Assembly (NCBI RefSeq): GCF_018977255.1
Contig: NW_024704742.1
Span: forward strand, 66,094,001 to 66,158,000
Source: Callorhinchus milii
Lineage: Eukaryota
Direction: 5' to 3'
DNA: 64,000 bases
The notes beneath the pieces are model-generated. The model saw only the letters and a program-made list of their open reading frames with translations, was not told where the DNA came from and made no database searches. Shown one piece after another: positions 1 through 12,704 of this stretch; position 1 is the first letter of the stretch, and each line of letters starts with the position of its first letter. Made by a program: the position numbers and the translations under genes.

Positions 1-611
1 CAATTATAATACTTATTGGGAAATTTCCCATGTAATAAAATACGCACAGTCATTCCTCTTTACAATGCTTCCTGCGAAGCGCTTTGAGACATTGCGGCTC
101 TGTGATAAGGTGCTGTATCAAACTGAAGGGTGATTAATATTACATTATTATTTTACACATCTCCTGGTCTCTGACTGCTGACGCGGATTGTATGGCTCTT
201 CATATATTGTAGGCATACCTCGTTGGAAGCGAAGAAGGCAGCCAAAAGTTGTGTTATTTCAGCCTTTCCTCATGTTGATACATGGCTAATGGTTGAAAAA
301 CAAAACAGCGTCTCTCATTCTCTGTTTGTGTAGCCTGTGTGGTCCTATTCGTGTCCGTGTGTTAAATGGCTGACTTGGGATCGAAGGCAGCAAATAAGGA
401 AGCGATCGGCCTTTTGACGTTATGGGCACCGATGCCAATAACAGACTGGAAAGAGATGGGAAAGTAGTTTTTGCATACGTTTGCATTTTGGACGAAATCC
501 TGGCAGATGTATGTATGTTTTGGATTGAATTTTCAAGGAATGTCCAAGTGCTTCAATTAAGATAGCTGAAGTGTGACAGTGGAGTAAGAATGGGTGAAGC
601 CAATGAAAAAA

Positions 612-976
612 AAATAATAATAATCCTTGCATTTGATATAGCGCTTAGCATGTTGTTGAGATGTCTCAAAGCGCTTTACAGAATATACTGCAAAGTGAAC
701 TTACTGTGAATTTGGGGGCGAAACGCAGCAGCCAATTATGCATAGCAGTGTCCCACAAACAGCCGTGGATTTAGTGACCAAATTATTATTATCAATTATT
801 TTTTAAGGGAATATTACCCCCAGAAAAGTGATCCGCCAATCGACTAACAACCGGGTTCCTACTTACTGCTAGGTAAACAGAGGCTTGTGGAATAAGGAAA
901 TTTGCCCATTGTTTCGCCCTGCTCAGGTTCACTCGCATGTGAGACGAGCGCTCTATCCACTAGCTAAAGGACTCCA
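612..976 (-). mobile_element. SINE family A, full length (tRNA-Ala-like head, CORE/Meta-like middle, Deu/L2-type tail, (TTA)n)
   Basis: On the minus strand it starts GGAGTCC..TAGCT, contains GGCAAATTTCCTTATTCCAC..CCTCTGTTTACCTAGCAGTAAGTAGG and ends GCGCTATATCAAATGCAAGGATTATTATT. It matches many other copies in the window. Confidence 0.85.
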
Positions 977-1074
977 AATGGTTAGAGCACTCACCTCCCA
1001 AGTAATTGGCTGCCGCGTTTCGCCCACAAAATACTATACTTGCCTCTGTTTACCTTGCAGTATATAGGAACTCA

Positions 1075-2030
1075 ACAACAACAACAAATTATACTTGTAT
1101 AACACCCTTCACATTGGAAAGACGTCCAAGGGCACTGGACAGTAAGGGTTTTTTGCACCTGAGCTGGGAGTTTGTTCAGGAGGGGAGGGTTAGCGTGGGA
1201 GTGTGGCTAAAGGCGTAGTTGAAGAGGAAGATCTTTAGACAGGACTTGAAGTAGGCAAGAGAGTGGGTGGGGTGGAGGGATTGCAGGAGTGTGAGAGTAG
1301 AGATGCTAAATGACCAATCGCCAATGATGGGGCCGGAAATGCGGGGGACCTGAAGCAAGCCAGGGGTCCGGTGAGCAGAGGGAGTGGACAGGCTGGTTTG
1401 GTTTGGTTTGGAGGTCGGAGCGGTAGGGGGAGCAAGACCGCGGAGGGCATTGAAGGTGAGAACAAGGGTTTTGTACTTGATTCTATAATAATAATATAAT
1501 CCTTGCATTTGATATAGTGCTTTTCACATCTGCTAGACGTCTCAAATCGCTTCACAGATTATACTGTAAAGTGAATTGATTGTATATTTGTGGGCAAAAC
1601 GCGACAGTCATTTGCGCACAGCAGTGTCCCGCATACAGTCATGGATTGAGTGACCAAATTATTATTGTGGTTTTTTTGAGGGATTATTATCCCCAGAAAA
1701 GCGATCTGCCAATCGACTAACAACCAGGTTCTTACTTACTGCTAGGCAACAGAGGCGTGTGGAGTAAAGAAACTTGCCCAACATTTTGCCCTGCCGGGAA
1801 TAGAAGCTCGGTCTCTCGCTTGCGAGGTGAGTGCTCTAACCACTGAGCTACAGGACTCCATAGGACTTCTCTGAGGGATGGGGTTGCCAGTGAAGCCGGG
1901 CAAGAACGGAAGTGATTGGATCACGGAGCTTGGTGCGGGAGAGGACACGAGCTGCAGAGTTCTGAATAATCTGCTGCTTATGGAGGGAAGAGTTGGGAAG
2001 TCCAGCGAGCAGGCAGTTGGCATAGTCAAA
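1075..2030 (-). mobile_element. L2-clade LINE 3' fragment, split by a SINE A insertion at 1485-1860
   Basis: ORFs 1176-1508 and 1848-2057 give L2 ORF2 C-terminal motifs (DYANCLLAGLP..QIIQNSAARVL..LARLHW; IKYKTLVLTFNALRGLAP). (TTG)n tail at 1075. Confidence 0.85.
1485..1860 (-). mobile_element. SINE family A, full length, nested in L2
   Basis: Head GGAGTCCTGTAGCTCAGTGGTTAGAGCAC (Pol III A box) on the minus strand, plus the full tail. Confidence 0.9.
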
Positions 2031-2395
2031 CAACAACAACTTGCATATATATAACATCCCTCATGAAGAGTAAATTCCCAGAGCACTTGACAGTGGTGGA
2101 GCATGATGCCGAGTGGGCGCAAGGGGAGAGGTGACCGTAGGCACAGTCGAAGAGGAAGGACTTCAGGAGCAACCTGCAGATTGGGAATGAAGGGGCAAGT
2201 CAGAGAGAGAGAGGAAGAGTGTTCCAGAGTTTTGGGTGTAATGTCTGAAAGCGCGGCCAACGATGGTAGAACGGAGGGCATGAGGGACATGCAGAAGGCT
2301 GCAGCCAGTAGATTGGAGGCAGCGGGTAGTGGGTTGGGGGGGTAATCAGATCGGAGAGGAAGGGAGGTGCCAGGGCATGAAGGGATTTGAAAACA
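2031..2395 (-). mobile_element. Diverged L2 3' end
   Basis: (TTG)n tail and TATATATGCAAG end, with a purine-rich L2 3' region on the plus strand. Confidence 0.6.
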
Positions 2396-2404
2396 ACAAT
2401 TTCA

Positions 2405-2636
2405 ACTCAGTTGTTAGTTGATTGCTGGTTTGCTTTCCGAGGGTAATGATCTCTCATAAAAAAATAATAATTTGGTCAGTCAATCCACGACTGTTTGTGG
2501 GACACTGCTGTGCACATTTGGCAGCCACGTTTTGACCCCAAAATATACAGTCAATTCACTTTACAGCATATTCTGCAAAGCACTCTGAGATGTCTCAACA
2601 ATGTGATAAGGCTCTATATGCAATTATTATTATTAT
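2405..2636 (+). mobile_element. SINE A, 5'-truncated
   Basis: GTTGTTAGTTGATT..TCAATCCACGACTGTTTGTGGGACACTGCTGTGC..(TTA)n. Confidence 0.8.
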
Positions 2637-3465
2637 CGGAACTTCCCAGCTGATTCTTATTCATCAGCAGTTTCTTATGGCTCAGCCCCATTCGCTCACC
2701 CATCAAACACATGCGGTCCTTTTAGTTTCCCCACATTGTGTGTAATCCCACTACTTCTGACTTCCTGCACAGATGTAACTACTCAAGTGGCCCTACCTTA
2801 GGAAACGGACCTAGCAACAAATAGATGCTAAAAGCAATTCAATAAATGGATATGACAACAAAACCCTCCATTAAAAGGCTGTAAGTTATTTTATTACAAG
2901 GAAGTGACCTCCATCGAACAGGCTCAGATCCAAAATAGATGTCCTCAGTGACTTAGATTACAATGAACCAATAACAACCAAACCCACCTCATAGAACACA
3001 TCCTTCTAAAAGCCTCTCAGTGTCTTCCCCTGGCTTCCTGGCTTCCTGCTCTTTGAACATTTTAGATCTATTGGATCAGCAAAGATGTCAGCAGCTGTAA
3101 TAATAATAATCCTTGCATTTGATATAGCGCTTTTCACGTCGGGAGGACGTCCCAAAGCGCTTCACAGAATAGACTGTAAAGTGAATTGACTGTATATTTG
3201 TGGGCAAACGCGGCAGGGTAAGGGTGCTGAGCCCACCACCGCTGACATGACGTGGGCATGGACATTCCTGTGCCCTTCCAGTAGGAGCTTCGCTGGTTCC
3301 CTTTAGACTGACCTTATTTTTATTCAATGTTCTAACCTTTAATGGTGTGGCAGCCTTACATTGAGATTATTCAATGCCATTGTGCAATGGGCCACAAGGG
3401 ACTCGACCAGCCATAAGACACAAACATCTATGGAGAGATTTTATGAGTTGACCCAGTGGTCCTAT

Positions 3466-3680
3466 GTGTCAGCCTGGCTCAGTTAGTAGCACTTTCACCC
3501 CTGAGTCAGAAGGTTGTGGGTTCAAGCCCCATGTCCTGACCTTCAATTGACACACTCAAATGGCAGTCCAATACAGTGCTGGGTCCCAGCGGATGAGATA
3601 TTCAACCGAGGTCCTGTCTGCCTGTTCAGGTGAATGTTAAAGATCCCATGGAACTACGGTACTTGAAAAGCAAGGGGAAT
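3466..3680 (+). mobile_element. SINE family B (SacSINE1-like DeuSINE), 5' part
   Basis: Head GTGTCAGCCTGGCTCAGTTAGTAGCAC..CTGAGTCAGAAGGTTGTGGGTTCAAGCCCC. Deu domain GGATGAGATATTCAACCGAGGTCCTGTCTGCCTGTTCAGGTG..AAAGATCCCATGG. Confidence 0.8.
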
Positions 3681-4764
3681 AATATTAACACTCCTTGCAT
3701 TTGATAATGTTGAAACATATTAAAGCTGTTTTTGTCGGTGGCCAGGTTTGGTTTCACCAACAGCTATGAAGTGAACAAGCAGTGTTCCAGAGGATTGCTG
3801 TCTATGGTTATAACATAACATATCATATTCTTCTCTGTAACTGGGACTCAATTTCAGCTCAAAGCAATAAAAATAATTAGCATAATACTTGTATCGTTCG
3901 TATCAGGAGAACATTTCAAAGCGCTCTGATATATATACTGTAAAGTGGAGTATATGTAGACTCTGTATAGTATTTTATAGGCGAACACAGCAAAGTCACA
4001 CAACATCCATGGAGTGAGTGTCTTGAAGACGTGATAAGGCACTATATCAAAGGCAAGGATTATTATTATTATTATTCTTTGAGGGATTGTCCAGGACACC
4101 AGGAGAAACTCCTTTCTCTTTTCAAATAGTGCCGTGGGGGGAAGTGGGGAGAAAAAAATGCGGTATTTCATACAGAATCAAATCCCATTTGTGTAATGCG
4201 GATTCCTTCATTAAGAGATTTGACTTTCACATCATTTGACTTCTTCCCCAGAAATTGAGAAACCAGGTGGTGGGATTCCTCACAGTGAACAAATGACTGC
4301 AAGCATCTGTTTCCTGTTTTAATTAACATGGGGAACAACTTCCCCTCCGTTCAGTGTGTGTGCAAGGTATGGTAGGAAATCTGTCCCTTTAATTTTGTTT
4401 ACAGGGAAATTGGAACAGCTAATGACTAACTCAAGCTGTGATTCTTTGTAAATGTGTTTCAGGAAACCAAAAGTCCCCAATTATTTTATTCAAAAAGAAT
4501 AAATAAACAGATAAATAAACACAACTTGCGTTTATATAGTGCCCTTCATGTCCATTGCCCACAAATACACAGTACCTTCACTTTATAGTGAGTACTGTGA
4601 AGGGCTTGGGATGTCCTTATAATGGGAAAGGCCATATGCAAGAATTATTATTATTAATATTATTATAATTCTTTCAGGGTAACAATTCAGATACTAGATA
4701 TTTGGGGGACATTGCTAAGCGCAATTTGGCTATCACATTCCATTACAAAATAGAAAGTGACTTC

Positions 4765-5098
4765 ATCCGTCCTTCGGATGAGACGTTAACCTGAGGTCCC
4801 GTCTGCCTGATCAGATAAACGTTAAAGATCCAATGGCATTATGCAAAAAGAGAAGTGAGATCCTGGCCAAAATTCCCCAAATAAAGTTGGTCACTCACTC
4901 CATGGCTGTTTGTGGGACACTGCCCACAAAATACACAGTCAATCCACTTTACAGTGAAGCTCTTTGAGACGTCTCAATGTCATGATAAAGCGCTATATTA
5001 AATGTACAAATTATTTTATAGTATGTCCTATGAAGCGCTTTGAGATGTCCTCTCAGCGTGAAAGGTGCTATACCAAATCTAAGGATTATTATTATTAC
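4765..5098 (+). mobile_element. SINE B, Deu domain plus tail, with a second tail appended
   Basis: CCTTCGGATGAGACGTTAACCTGAGGTCCCGTCTGCC, then a tail, then a repeated GAAGCGCTTTGAGATG..GGATTATT. Confidence 0.75.
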
Positions 5099-5310
5099 AA
5101 TTCAGTGGCTCTGTGAGCTCATTCCATGTAAAACATAATAAATAATCGTTGCATTTGGTGTAGCACCTTTCACATCAGGAGGGCATCTTGGGCTTTGGGC
5201 ATCCCAAAGCTTGTCACAGGATTTACTGTAAAGTGGAGTGACTGTGTATTTGCAGGTAAAAGTGGCAACCAATCGGACACAGCAATGTCTCACAAAACAA
5301 CCATGAAACG

Positions 5311-5404
5311 AATAAAACTAAAACAGAAGTGGCTGGGAACAGTCAGCAGGTCAGGCAGCATCTATGGAGAAAGGAAAGTGAGTCAAAGTTTCGGGTCCAC
5401 AACC
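5311..5404 (-). mobile_element. Penelope-like terminal repeat fragment (hammerhead core 5'-truncated)
   Basis: Reverse complement reads GGTTGTGGACCCGAAACTTTGACTCACTTTCCTTTCTCCATAGATGCTGCCTGACCTGCTGA, the same family as 31184-31562. Confidence 0.75.
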
Positions 5405-6094
5405 TGTTTTTGTTTTGCTCTGTAGGTATGAGCTGTTGTTTGAAACCTTCATGATATTGAACAAACTTTACTGTAACTGTCAAGCTAACCTGCTAGGAGC
5501 CTAAATTCTTTTTTAACTTGAAGTTGACTATTCAGTCAGGTAGTTTGTGTCTAATAGCATTCTCGCTTCTCTCAGAAAGTACACTTGTGCATTTGAGCCT
5601 CACACCACGGTAATAATAATAATAATCCTCGCATGTGATATAGCGCCTTATAACATCGTTGAGACGTTTGAAAGCACTTCACAGAATTACACTGTAAAGT
5701 GAATTGACTGTATACTTTGTGGGCGAAACGCCGCAGCCAATTGTGCACAGCAGTGTCCCACAAACAGTCGTGGATTGAGTGCTACCAGCTGAGCCAGACT
5801 GACATCACACATATCGCCCTCCGTTTACAACATCTGCCTGCAGGCGAATTCCCAGGCGGTGATAAAACATCTCATCACCATCTGTCTCCCAGAAGGCAGG
5901 CTTGGGATCTGAGCTCCGGAATTTTATTACCACCTCGTTTTAATAATAGTTCTGAGAAAAAGCCCTGGCCTTTGTCAAAACTGTGGTCAGTTTCATTATG
6001 TCTCCCCTCTCCCACGCATTGGCCTCTCGCGTCTCCCCCTCACACTAGGCTCTCATGTGTCCCACACACACTGAGCTCTTGTGACACTCACAAA

Positions 6095-6290
6095 GAAGCT
6101 GAGTAGGAGGAATCCTTGCTCCCAGTGACATGTTCCTGTCCAGGTCTTGCCGATGAGCCAGGATGCTGTGCTGTCATCAGCAGTGCCCTGGGCCTGGCTC
6201 AGGAACGGGACTACTGAGACCGTCAAGGAGGGCAGGCTCACTTCCGATATTCCATTGCCAGGCATGTCACCTTGGAGCAAGTTCAGCTCT
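6095..6290 (-). mobile_element. RTE-X-like LINE 3' UTR fragment
   Basis: Reverse complement aligns to 22005-22210 (CTTG..GTGACATGCCTGGCAATGGAAT..GGGCACTGCTGATGACAGCAC..CTGGCTCAT..GTCACTGGG). Confidence 0.7.
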
Positions 6291-7197
6291 GACGAGATCC
6301 CGTTACATTTCTTCTAAGGAGAACAGTCCTGGTGATAGATGGCCGACAATGATGCAGATCACCTGCAGCGTTCATCTACAAGACCAATTCAGTTCAACTA
6401 TTCAAAACTGTGAATCCCATTCTCCTGTTCCTGTTCGTGGTACACCTGTTAAATAGATATTTATAACAAAGGCAGTGGTTAAGAGAAGTTTCCTCTCAGT
6501 TTAATTGAACCGATTCATAACATAAATTACACGCCTCCGCCTGTCAGTCCAGACATAAATGGTGAAGGTGGACACTGATCTTATAAAGCATCACTCGGAA
6601 GGCTTCCAGACAAACATATGGTCAACACATGTTCAACTTTATCTTTACAGCATCAAAAGATAGCCATTAGACATAAAACAACACCATTGATTTTGGATTC
6701 GTTTTTGAAATTCCATTGGGTTTTGATGGGAATCCTTCGCTGATATGAATTGAATGCATGGTTTGTTGCAATAATGGTGAGGCTTGCTATTCACTTATTC
6801 CGAGGTGTTCAGGTTGGTGATTTCCCCCAAGCAGGCAAAGTGGAGAGATCAATCCCAGGTAACAACAAGATTAGAGAAAAAAAGACATCACCGCACAGAC
6901 GGTTTGAGAGGCAGAAGAAGCGAGAAACACACACAACATACACAGACCAGATAATAATAATAATAATAAATAATAATAATATAAATAATATAAGATAGCC
7001 ACACTGTCTTTTTATCAACTGTGTGGATATGAAGGTTTTCTCCTATTCTGGTCCCGGGGATCCTTAATGTCCACTTGAAACACCAGGGCAGGCAGATGGG
7101 ACCTCAGTTTAACATCTTATCCAAAAAGACGCCAACTCCCAATAGTGCAGTGCTCAATCAGTCCTGGACTGGAGTGACAGTGTATATTTTGAGCCAA

Positions 7198-7450
7198 ATC
7201 ACAAGATCACAAGGTTGGCTGGTTTGATCGAAGAAAGTCCTTCGGGCATTTGATCGCATTGCTTCGCAAAACTCAGCCTACCATCTTGTCATTACAGCAT
7301 CAAGCTGAGGTTTAGATGAGTCCAGATTGCCTCAATCACCCTTTCTGGCAATCCTGTTCCAGTCGTAAACTTCCTGGTGTCTGTCCTGAAATTCCCCTTT
7401 GCAACTCTAAATCTTGTTCTCTTCCACTGTCTTGGTGCCCTCCACACAAG
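7198..7450 (-). mobile_element. CR1-like LINE 3' end with (ATCTTGTG)n tail
   Basis: ORF 7292-7579 contains RFRVAKGNFRTDTRKF..LPERVIEA, typical of a CR1 ORF2 terminus. Tail repeat CACAAGATCACAAG. Confidence 0.7.
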
Positions 7451-7944
7451 GTAGCGTCTCCCTGTGATTCTTAGAAGGAAAAATATACTTGTTTTCGTTG
7501 AAAATCTCGAAAAGTATTCACAGCTGTATTCTCGCTTTAAATCCCTTAAAATAATAACATTTGATACAGTGCCTTTCATGTTGGGAGGAGTCTCAAAGTG
7601 CCTTGTAGGATTTACTGTAAATAGTAGTGACTGTGTATTTTGTTTTGTAGTGAAATTTGGGCCAAATCTTTGTGTATATCACCCATTCCTCCCCCAGGAG
7701 ATCTTACAGCAGTTGCATTTATATAGCGCCTTTCACGCGGGTAGCGTCTCAGTGCACTTAACAGCGGTGTTGTTTGAAGCCGAGCTGGAAAGAGATGGGA
7801 GGTGACTGAAGGCACTTTCAAAGAGGAAAGTCTTCGGTGTGATTTGAAAATGGGCAGACAGAGGGCAAGACATTTAGGCTGAGAAGTTCCAGAGATTCGG
7901 GGCAGAGTGGCTGAAACTCAGAGGGGATAATATTACAACTACTA

Positions 7945-8275
7945 CTAATAATAATCCTTTCATTTGATATAGGGCCTTATTGCATTGTTGAGACGTCTCA
8001 AAGCATTTCACAGAATATACTGTATATTTTGTGGGTGAAACACGGCAGCAAATTGTGCACAGCAGGGTCCCACAAACAATTTATTTATTGAAGGGATTAT
8101 TACCCCCGGAAAGTGATTCGCCAATTGACTAGCAACCGGGTTCCTACTTTCTGCTAGGCAAACAGAGGCATATGGAGTAAGAAAACTTGCCTATAGTTTT
8201 ACCCTGCCCAGGAATCAAATCTGGATCCTCTCACTTACGAGACGAGCGCGCGAACCACTACGCTATGGGTTTCAC
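7945..8275 (-). mobile_element. SINE A, near full length
   Basis: Same head, middle and tail motifs as 612-976. Confidence 0.85.
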
Positions 8276-9481
8276 ATGAGGAATGTGCAGAAGACCCGAG
8301 CCAGCTGATTGAAGGCAATGGGTGAACAGCAATGAGTTAGTGACTGAAACGCGAGTGATCTTTACAACAGTGAGTTAGTAACTAATGCTTCAGCAAACAC
8401 ACTCTGATGATGAGAGCAAACATGCACACTAATAAGCTCTCAGTAATTGGTGTGCTACCACTAATTTCTTCTCCATTTGTATCTCATTTGTTGCTGTGTG
8501 CATTAAAAATCAACGTGTGTCTTTTTTGTTTTATAGAAGGGACAATATTTGCCCAAGATATTCTCCCACTGAACGACTATTTGGAGCTGCGTCAATGACC
8601 TTCGTTATTTAACAGTCACAGTTTATGACTTAAAGATCTAATTGGATTAATAGTGTGCTGCAGACAGTGGTTTCAGGTAACATAACCTGCCCTGCAATGG
8701 CAGGACCAGGAAACCGAAGCCTGCTTTTAAGTATTAAAGTCATTTGTTTCCCGATTTTCACTAATAAATATCAGGGATCCTTTTATAGTGAAAGTCAATC
8801 AATTCAAATGTTTTCTATTTTCTATAGAATTCACAAACTCGCTGGGTTTTTAAAGGTTTCCCGAGATTGAGTCCACGATTGAGATTTGTGTTAAGTATAA
8901 ACACTGGCACTAGCTGGTTGGGCTGAATGGCCTGTTTCCATGCTGTATATTCTTAAATCCTGGTATTCCGTTTGCAGCAAACGCAGTTTTGTGCAAGCAC
9001 CAAGCACCAAGGTTCACATCTATACCCAGAAGGTAAATGGCAAGGTTAGAGGTTAGAGGTTAGAAGCCAGGACACTGGACTGATTTGAAATGCAGCTTGA
9101 TGCTGTGATGGGGAGATAGTAGGGAGGGTATTCTGGAGGGATGAAATCAGTTGGTCTGAAGAGCCTCTAAACTAATCTTGTGATCTTTGAGATTAAGTGG
9201 TAATTTGTCTCATGGCTGTTTGTGGTATCTTGCTGGTGCATATAACAGCTATGTTTCACATGCAACAACAACTTGCATTTATGTAATGCCCTTTTAATAG
9301 CATTTCGAAGCACTTAACAGTGGAGGAGCCTGACGCTTAGCTGGGGGGAGAAGGTGGCCTTGTAGTGTAGTCACATGCGCTAATCTGTTCAAATCACCTG
9401 TTCATCTTCATCGCTATTCAGCATAACTCCTAGTTTGGTATCACCCACAAACATTAATCCCGTTGATATTATTCCATTGAA

Positions 9482-9797
9482 GGTCCTGTAGCTCAGTGGT
9501 TGGAGCACTCGCCTTGCAAGTGAGACACCTGGGTTCAATTTCAGGCAGGATGAAACCTTGGGCAAGTTTCCTTACTCCACACGCCTAATAATAATCCCTC
9601 CAAAACAAAACAATAATAAATTGGTCATTTGCATTCCACGACTGTTTGGGGGACACTGCTGTGCGCAATTGGCTGCCGCGTTTCGCCCACAAATATACAG
9701 TCAATTCACTTTACAGTTTATTCTGTGAAGCGCTTTGAGATGTCGAGAAGCTGTGAAAAGCATTATATCAAATGCAAGGATTATTATTATTATTATT
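9482..9797 (+). mobile_element. SINE A, short (internally deleted) form
   Basis: tRNA-like head with anticodon arm CTCGC-CTTGCAA-GTGAG. ACTCCACACGCC joins directly to TAATAATAATCCC. Confidence 0.9.
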
Positions 9798-11124
9798 GAT
9801 AGATTGTATTTGGCTTCTTCTGTGCTGCGAATTTCTATGGTTCTAATTTGCAAGTTCTTTCTTGTCAGCATTACTGACTGATTTATTTCCAATTACAAAT
9901 GTTCCCACCACAGGAGTCTGAGACATGCAAATAATTTGTGGAGGGTGGTGGGGGGGGAGAGGTGAGTTCAGTTGAGCGATAGGTGAGGCAGTAGTTCTCT
10001 TTGAGTTAAAGATTGGAGCAATGAAGGGGAGAAATTGTAGGGGAGGAAAGCCTGACTTCTAATTAACTGTTCGTCTCCAGGGACAATAATCCCTAAAAAT
10101 AAATAGTTTGGTCACTTAATCCATGATTGTAGGACATTGCTGGGTGCAATTGATTACCAAGTTTTGTCTACAAAATGCACAGTCAATCCACTTTACAGTG
10201 TATCCTGTGAAGCACTTTGAGACATCTCAACAACACGATAGGCCCTGTATCAAATACAAGGATTATTATACATTATTAATATTATTATTACTTTCATTTC
10301 CTGAGAACTTTGTAACTCTTTGAATTACGTTGAAATCCTCTTTTGAATCCCTTTATTTTTTTAACACTGCAAATAAGAACGCTGGTGCTCCTGGAGATTT
10401 AGTGACCAGCATGTGAACAGCTTGTGGAGGGCAAACATTCCAGTCATTGCTCAGGACTTCTCCAGGGCTGACAGTCTTCAGCATTGTAATGAAGGATTAA
10501 GCTGACACCGGGAAGAGGCTTGACAACAGTCTAATGACATGAACACAAAACGCCTTACAGCTCCGTTATGAGAGGTGCTTCACTGCAATGAGATCGCGCT
10601 CGGGTCACTGTTAGACTTGAAGGTGTCTGCTGTGTTGAAACAGCTGCATCAAGCCCTTATCTGCAGGCTTAGCTGAATAAATACTGCCAGGGCCTGAAAC
10701 CCATCATAAAGGCTTTGAGATATTTTGCTGGCTAACAAAGAAGGTACAGAGACTAAGGCTGAGTTGAATACCAGGCTAATATTCTGTAATCCATGTAGCC
10801 TATTCAGCTGTAAGGATTCCAGTGAAGACCTGATTAATTCAGTTTTTAATCGCTGGGTGTGGGGGGGAGGCTTCAGACGTGAAGCTCATTCTGCTAGTGG
10901 CTTCAAACAGGAGAATCCAGTGGTCTGCAGCACAGGAAAAGGCAAAACTGGTGAATGGGCCAACATTTCGTCCCAGAGGGCCTTTGGAGAGGTGAACAGC
11001 ATTTTAAGTGAGATTGAAAAATTAATGATAATAATCCTTGCATTTGATATAGCACCTTATTACATTGATGAGATGTCTCAAAGCGCTTCACAGGATATAT
11101 TTAGGGATTTTGGAAACTGAAGTG

Positions 11125-11353
11125 AATTTGGAATGATCTGCCTGAAAGGGTAGTGAAGTCCGATTCGATAACAGCTTTTAAGAGAGAACTGGATAGGTAT
11201 CTGGGGAAGACGGGTTTGCAGGGTTATGGGGAGAAAGCTGGTGATTGGGGTTAGTGAAGGTGACTTGCTCTGTCAAAGAGCCAGCACAGACTCGATGGGC
11301 CGAATGGCCTCCTTCTGTGCCGTAACATTCTATGAATCTATTCTATGAATCTA
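11125..11353 (+). mobile_element. CR1 LINE 3' end
   Basis: TGGAATGATCTGCCTGAAAGGGTAGTG..TTTAAGAGAGAACTGGAT..GGGCCGAATGGCCTCCTTCTGTGC and a (TTCTATGAATCTA)2 tail. Confidence 0.85.
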
Positions 11354-11761
11354 TAAAAAAAAGTTCTTTGAGATGTCTCAACAAAGTGATAAGGCACTAT
11401 ATTAAAATGCAAGGATTATTATTATTATAATGGTCAGGACATGACTGTCATCTTCGGATTCCAGAGGTCAGTAGTCAACCAGATCTGCACTATCTGCACT
11501 ATTAGGGTCAAATTTCCTCAAAAAAATCAGATGTAAGTACAAGCACGGCTGAGCATGTATCAAAGGCCGATTCTCTCTGCACAGAGGCTCTGAGAGCCAA
11601 GACGGCCTAGTGTTGTGATTCCATTAGTCAATTACACAAAAATAGCAAATAAACCATTCGGGTTGCATAGCATTGATTAGGAGATACTGTGATTCCAAAG
11701 GCGGCTGTAATATCAAACCATGTTTGACCCTAGCTAGGCAGAGCTCACACAGTGAAGCAAG

Positions 11762-12123
11762 ATAATAATAATATTAATAGTAATAATCCTTACATTTGAT
11801 ATAGTGCCTTATCACGTTGTTTTGACATCTCAAAGCACTTCACAAAATATATTGTAAAGGGGATTGATTGTGTATTTTGTGGGTGAATTGTGGCAGCCAA
11901 TTGTGCACAGCAGTGTCCCACAAACAGTCATGGATTGAGTGACCCAATTTCTTGAGGTATTATTTACCAGAAAGCGATCCGCAAATTGACTAACAATCGG
12001 GTTAGCTAAACGGAGGTGTATGAAGTAAGTAAACTTGTCTAAGGTTTTACCCTGTCTGGGAATCAAAGCTGGGTTCTCCTGCTTGCGAGGTGAGTGTGCA
12101 AGGCACTATACTATGGAACTTCA
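11762..12123 (-). mobile_element. SINE A
   Basis: Family motifs on the minus strand. Confidence 0.8.
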
Positions 12124-12280
12124 CAATATAAGTCTGCGGAATTTGTGGGGGTTTTGGGGAAGGAGGTAATCAGAGTCTCTTTGGAGCTGAGCTGGAACCA
12201 TGCATTTTCAACCTTAATGCCCTCACTCTTCTCTTCTTCCTATTAACTGTGTGTTTTTGAAACCCAACTTAACTATTAAT

Positions 12281-12704
12281 ATAATAATAATATAATAATA
12301 ATATAATAATCCTTGCATTTTGATGTAGCGCCTCATCACATCATCAAGCTATCTCAAAGCAATTCACAGGATTTACTGTGTAGTGAATGTATTTGTGGAT
12401 TACTGCTGTAGCCAATTTGTGACGTCCCACGAAAAAACATGGAATGAGTGACCAATTTTATTTTGGGTCTTGTTGGCCAGGACACCAAGAGAAACTCCCT
12501 TCTCTTTCAAATAGTGTGGGATCTTAAACATCCTCCTGAACTGGCAGACAGGGCCTCAATATTAATATCTTATCTGAAGGATGGAACCTCCGACAATGCA
12601 CCACTAACCCCAGCACTGCACTATGTGAATAAAAAGATGTGGGGCTTGAATTTACAACCTTCTGACTTAAGGGCGGATTGCTACCAACTGAGCGAGGCTG
12701 ACAT
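12281..12704 (-). mobile_element. SINE B (DeuSINE), full length
   Basis: Head TGTCAGCCTCGCTCAGTTGGTAGCA, Deu domain and tail. Confidence 0.8.

Noticed and set aside
160..600. CpG-containing unique segment with acceptor- and donor-like sites
   Set aside because: All frames between the candidate splice sites contain stops, and there is no recognisable product.
8537..8676. Exon-like segment (TTTTTTGTTTTATAG acceptor, CAG|GTAACA donor)
   Set aside because: There are stops in all three frames and no recognisable terminal peptide. It cannot be supported without RNA data.
9042..9064. Telomere-like (GGTTAGA)3
   Set aside because: Only three non-canonical units; an ordinary microsatellite.
9482..9555. 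tRNA-Ala genes (also at 1790-1860, 36816, 43150 and 53582)
   Set aside because: The cloverleaf-like heads continue into SINE bodies and have mismatched T and acceptor stems. They are SINE heads, not tRNA genes.
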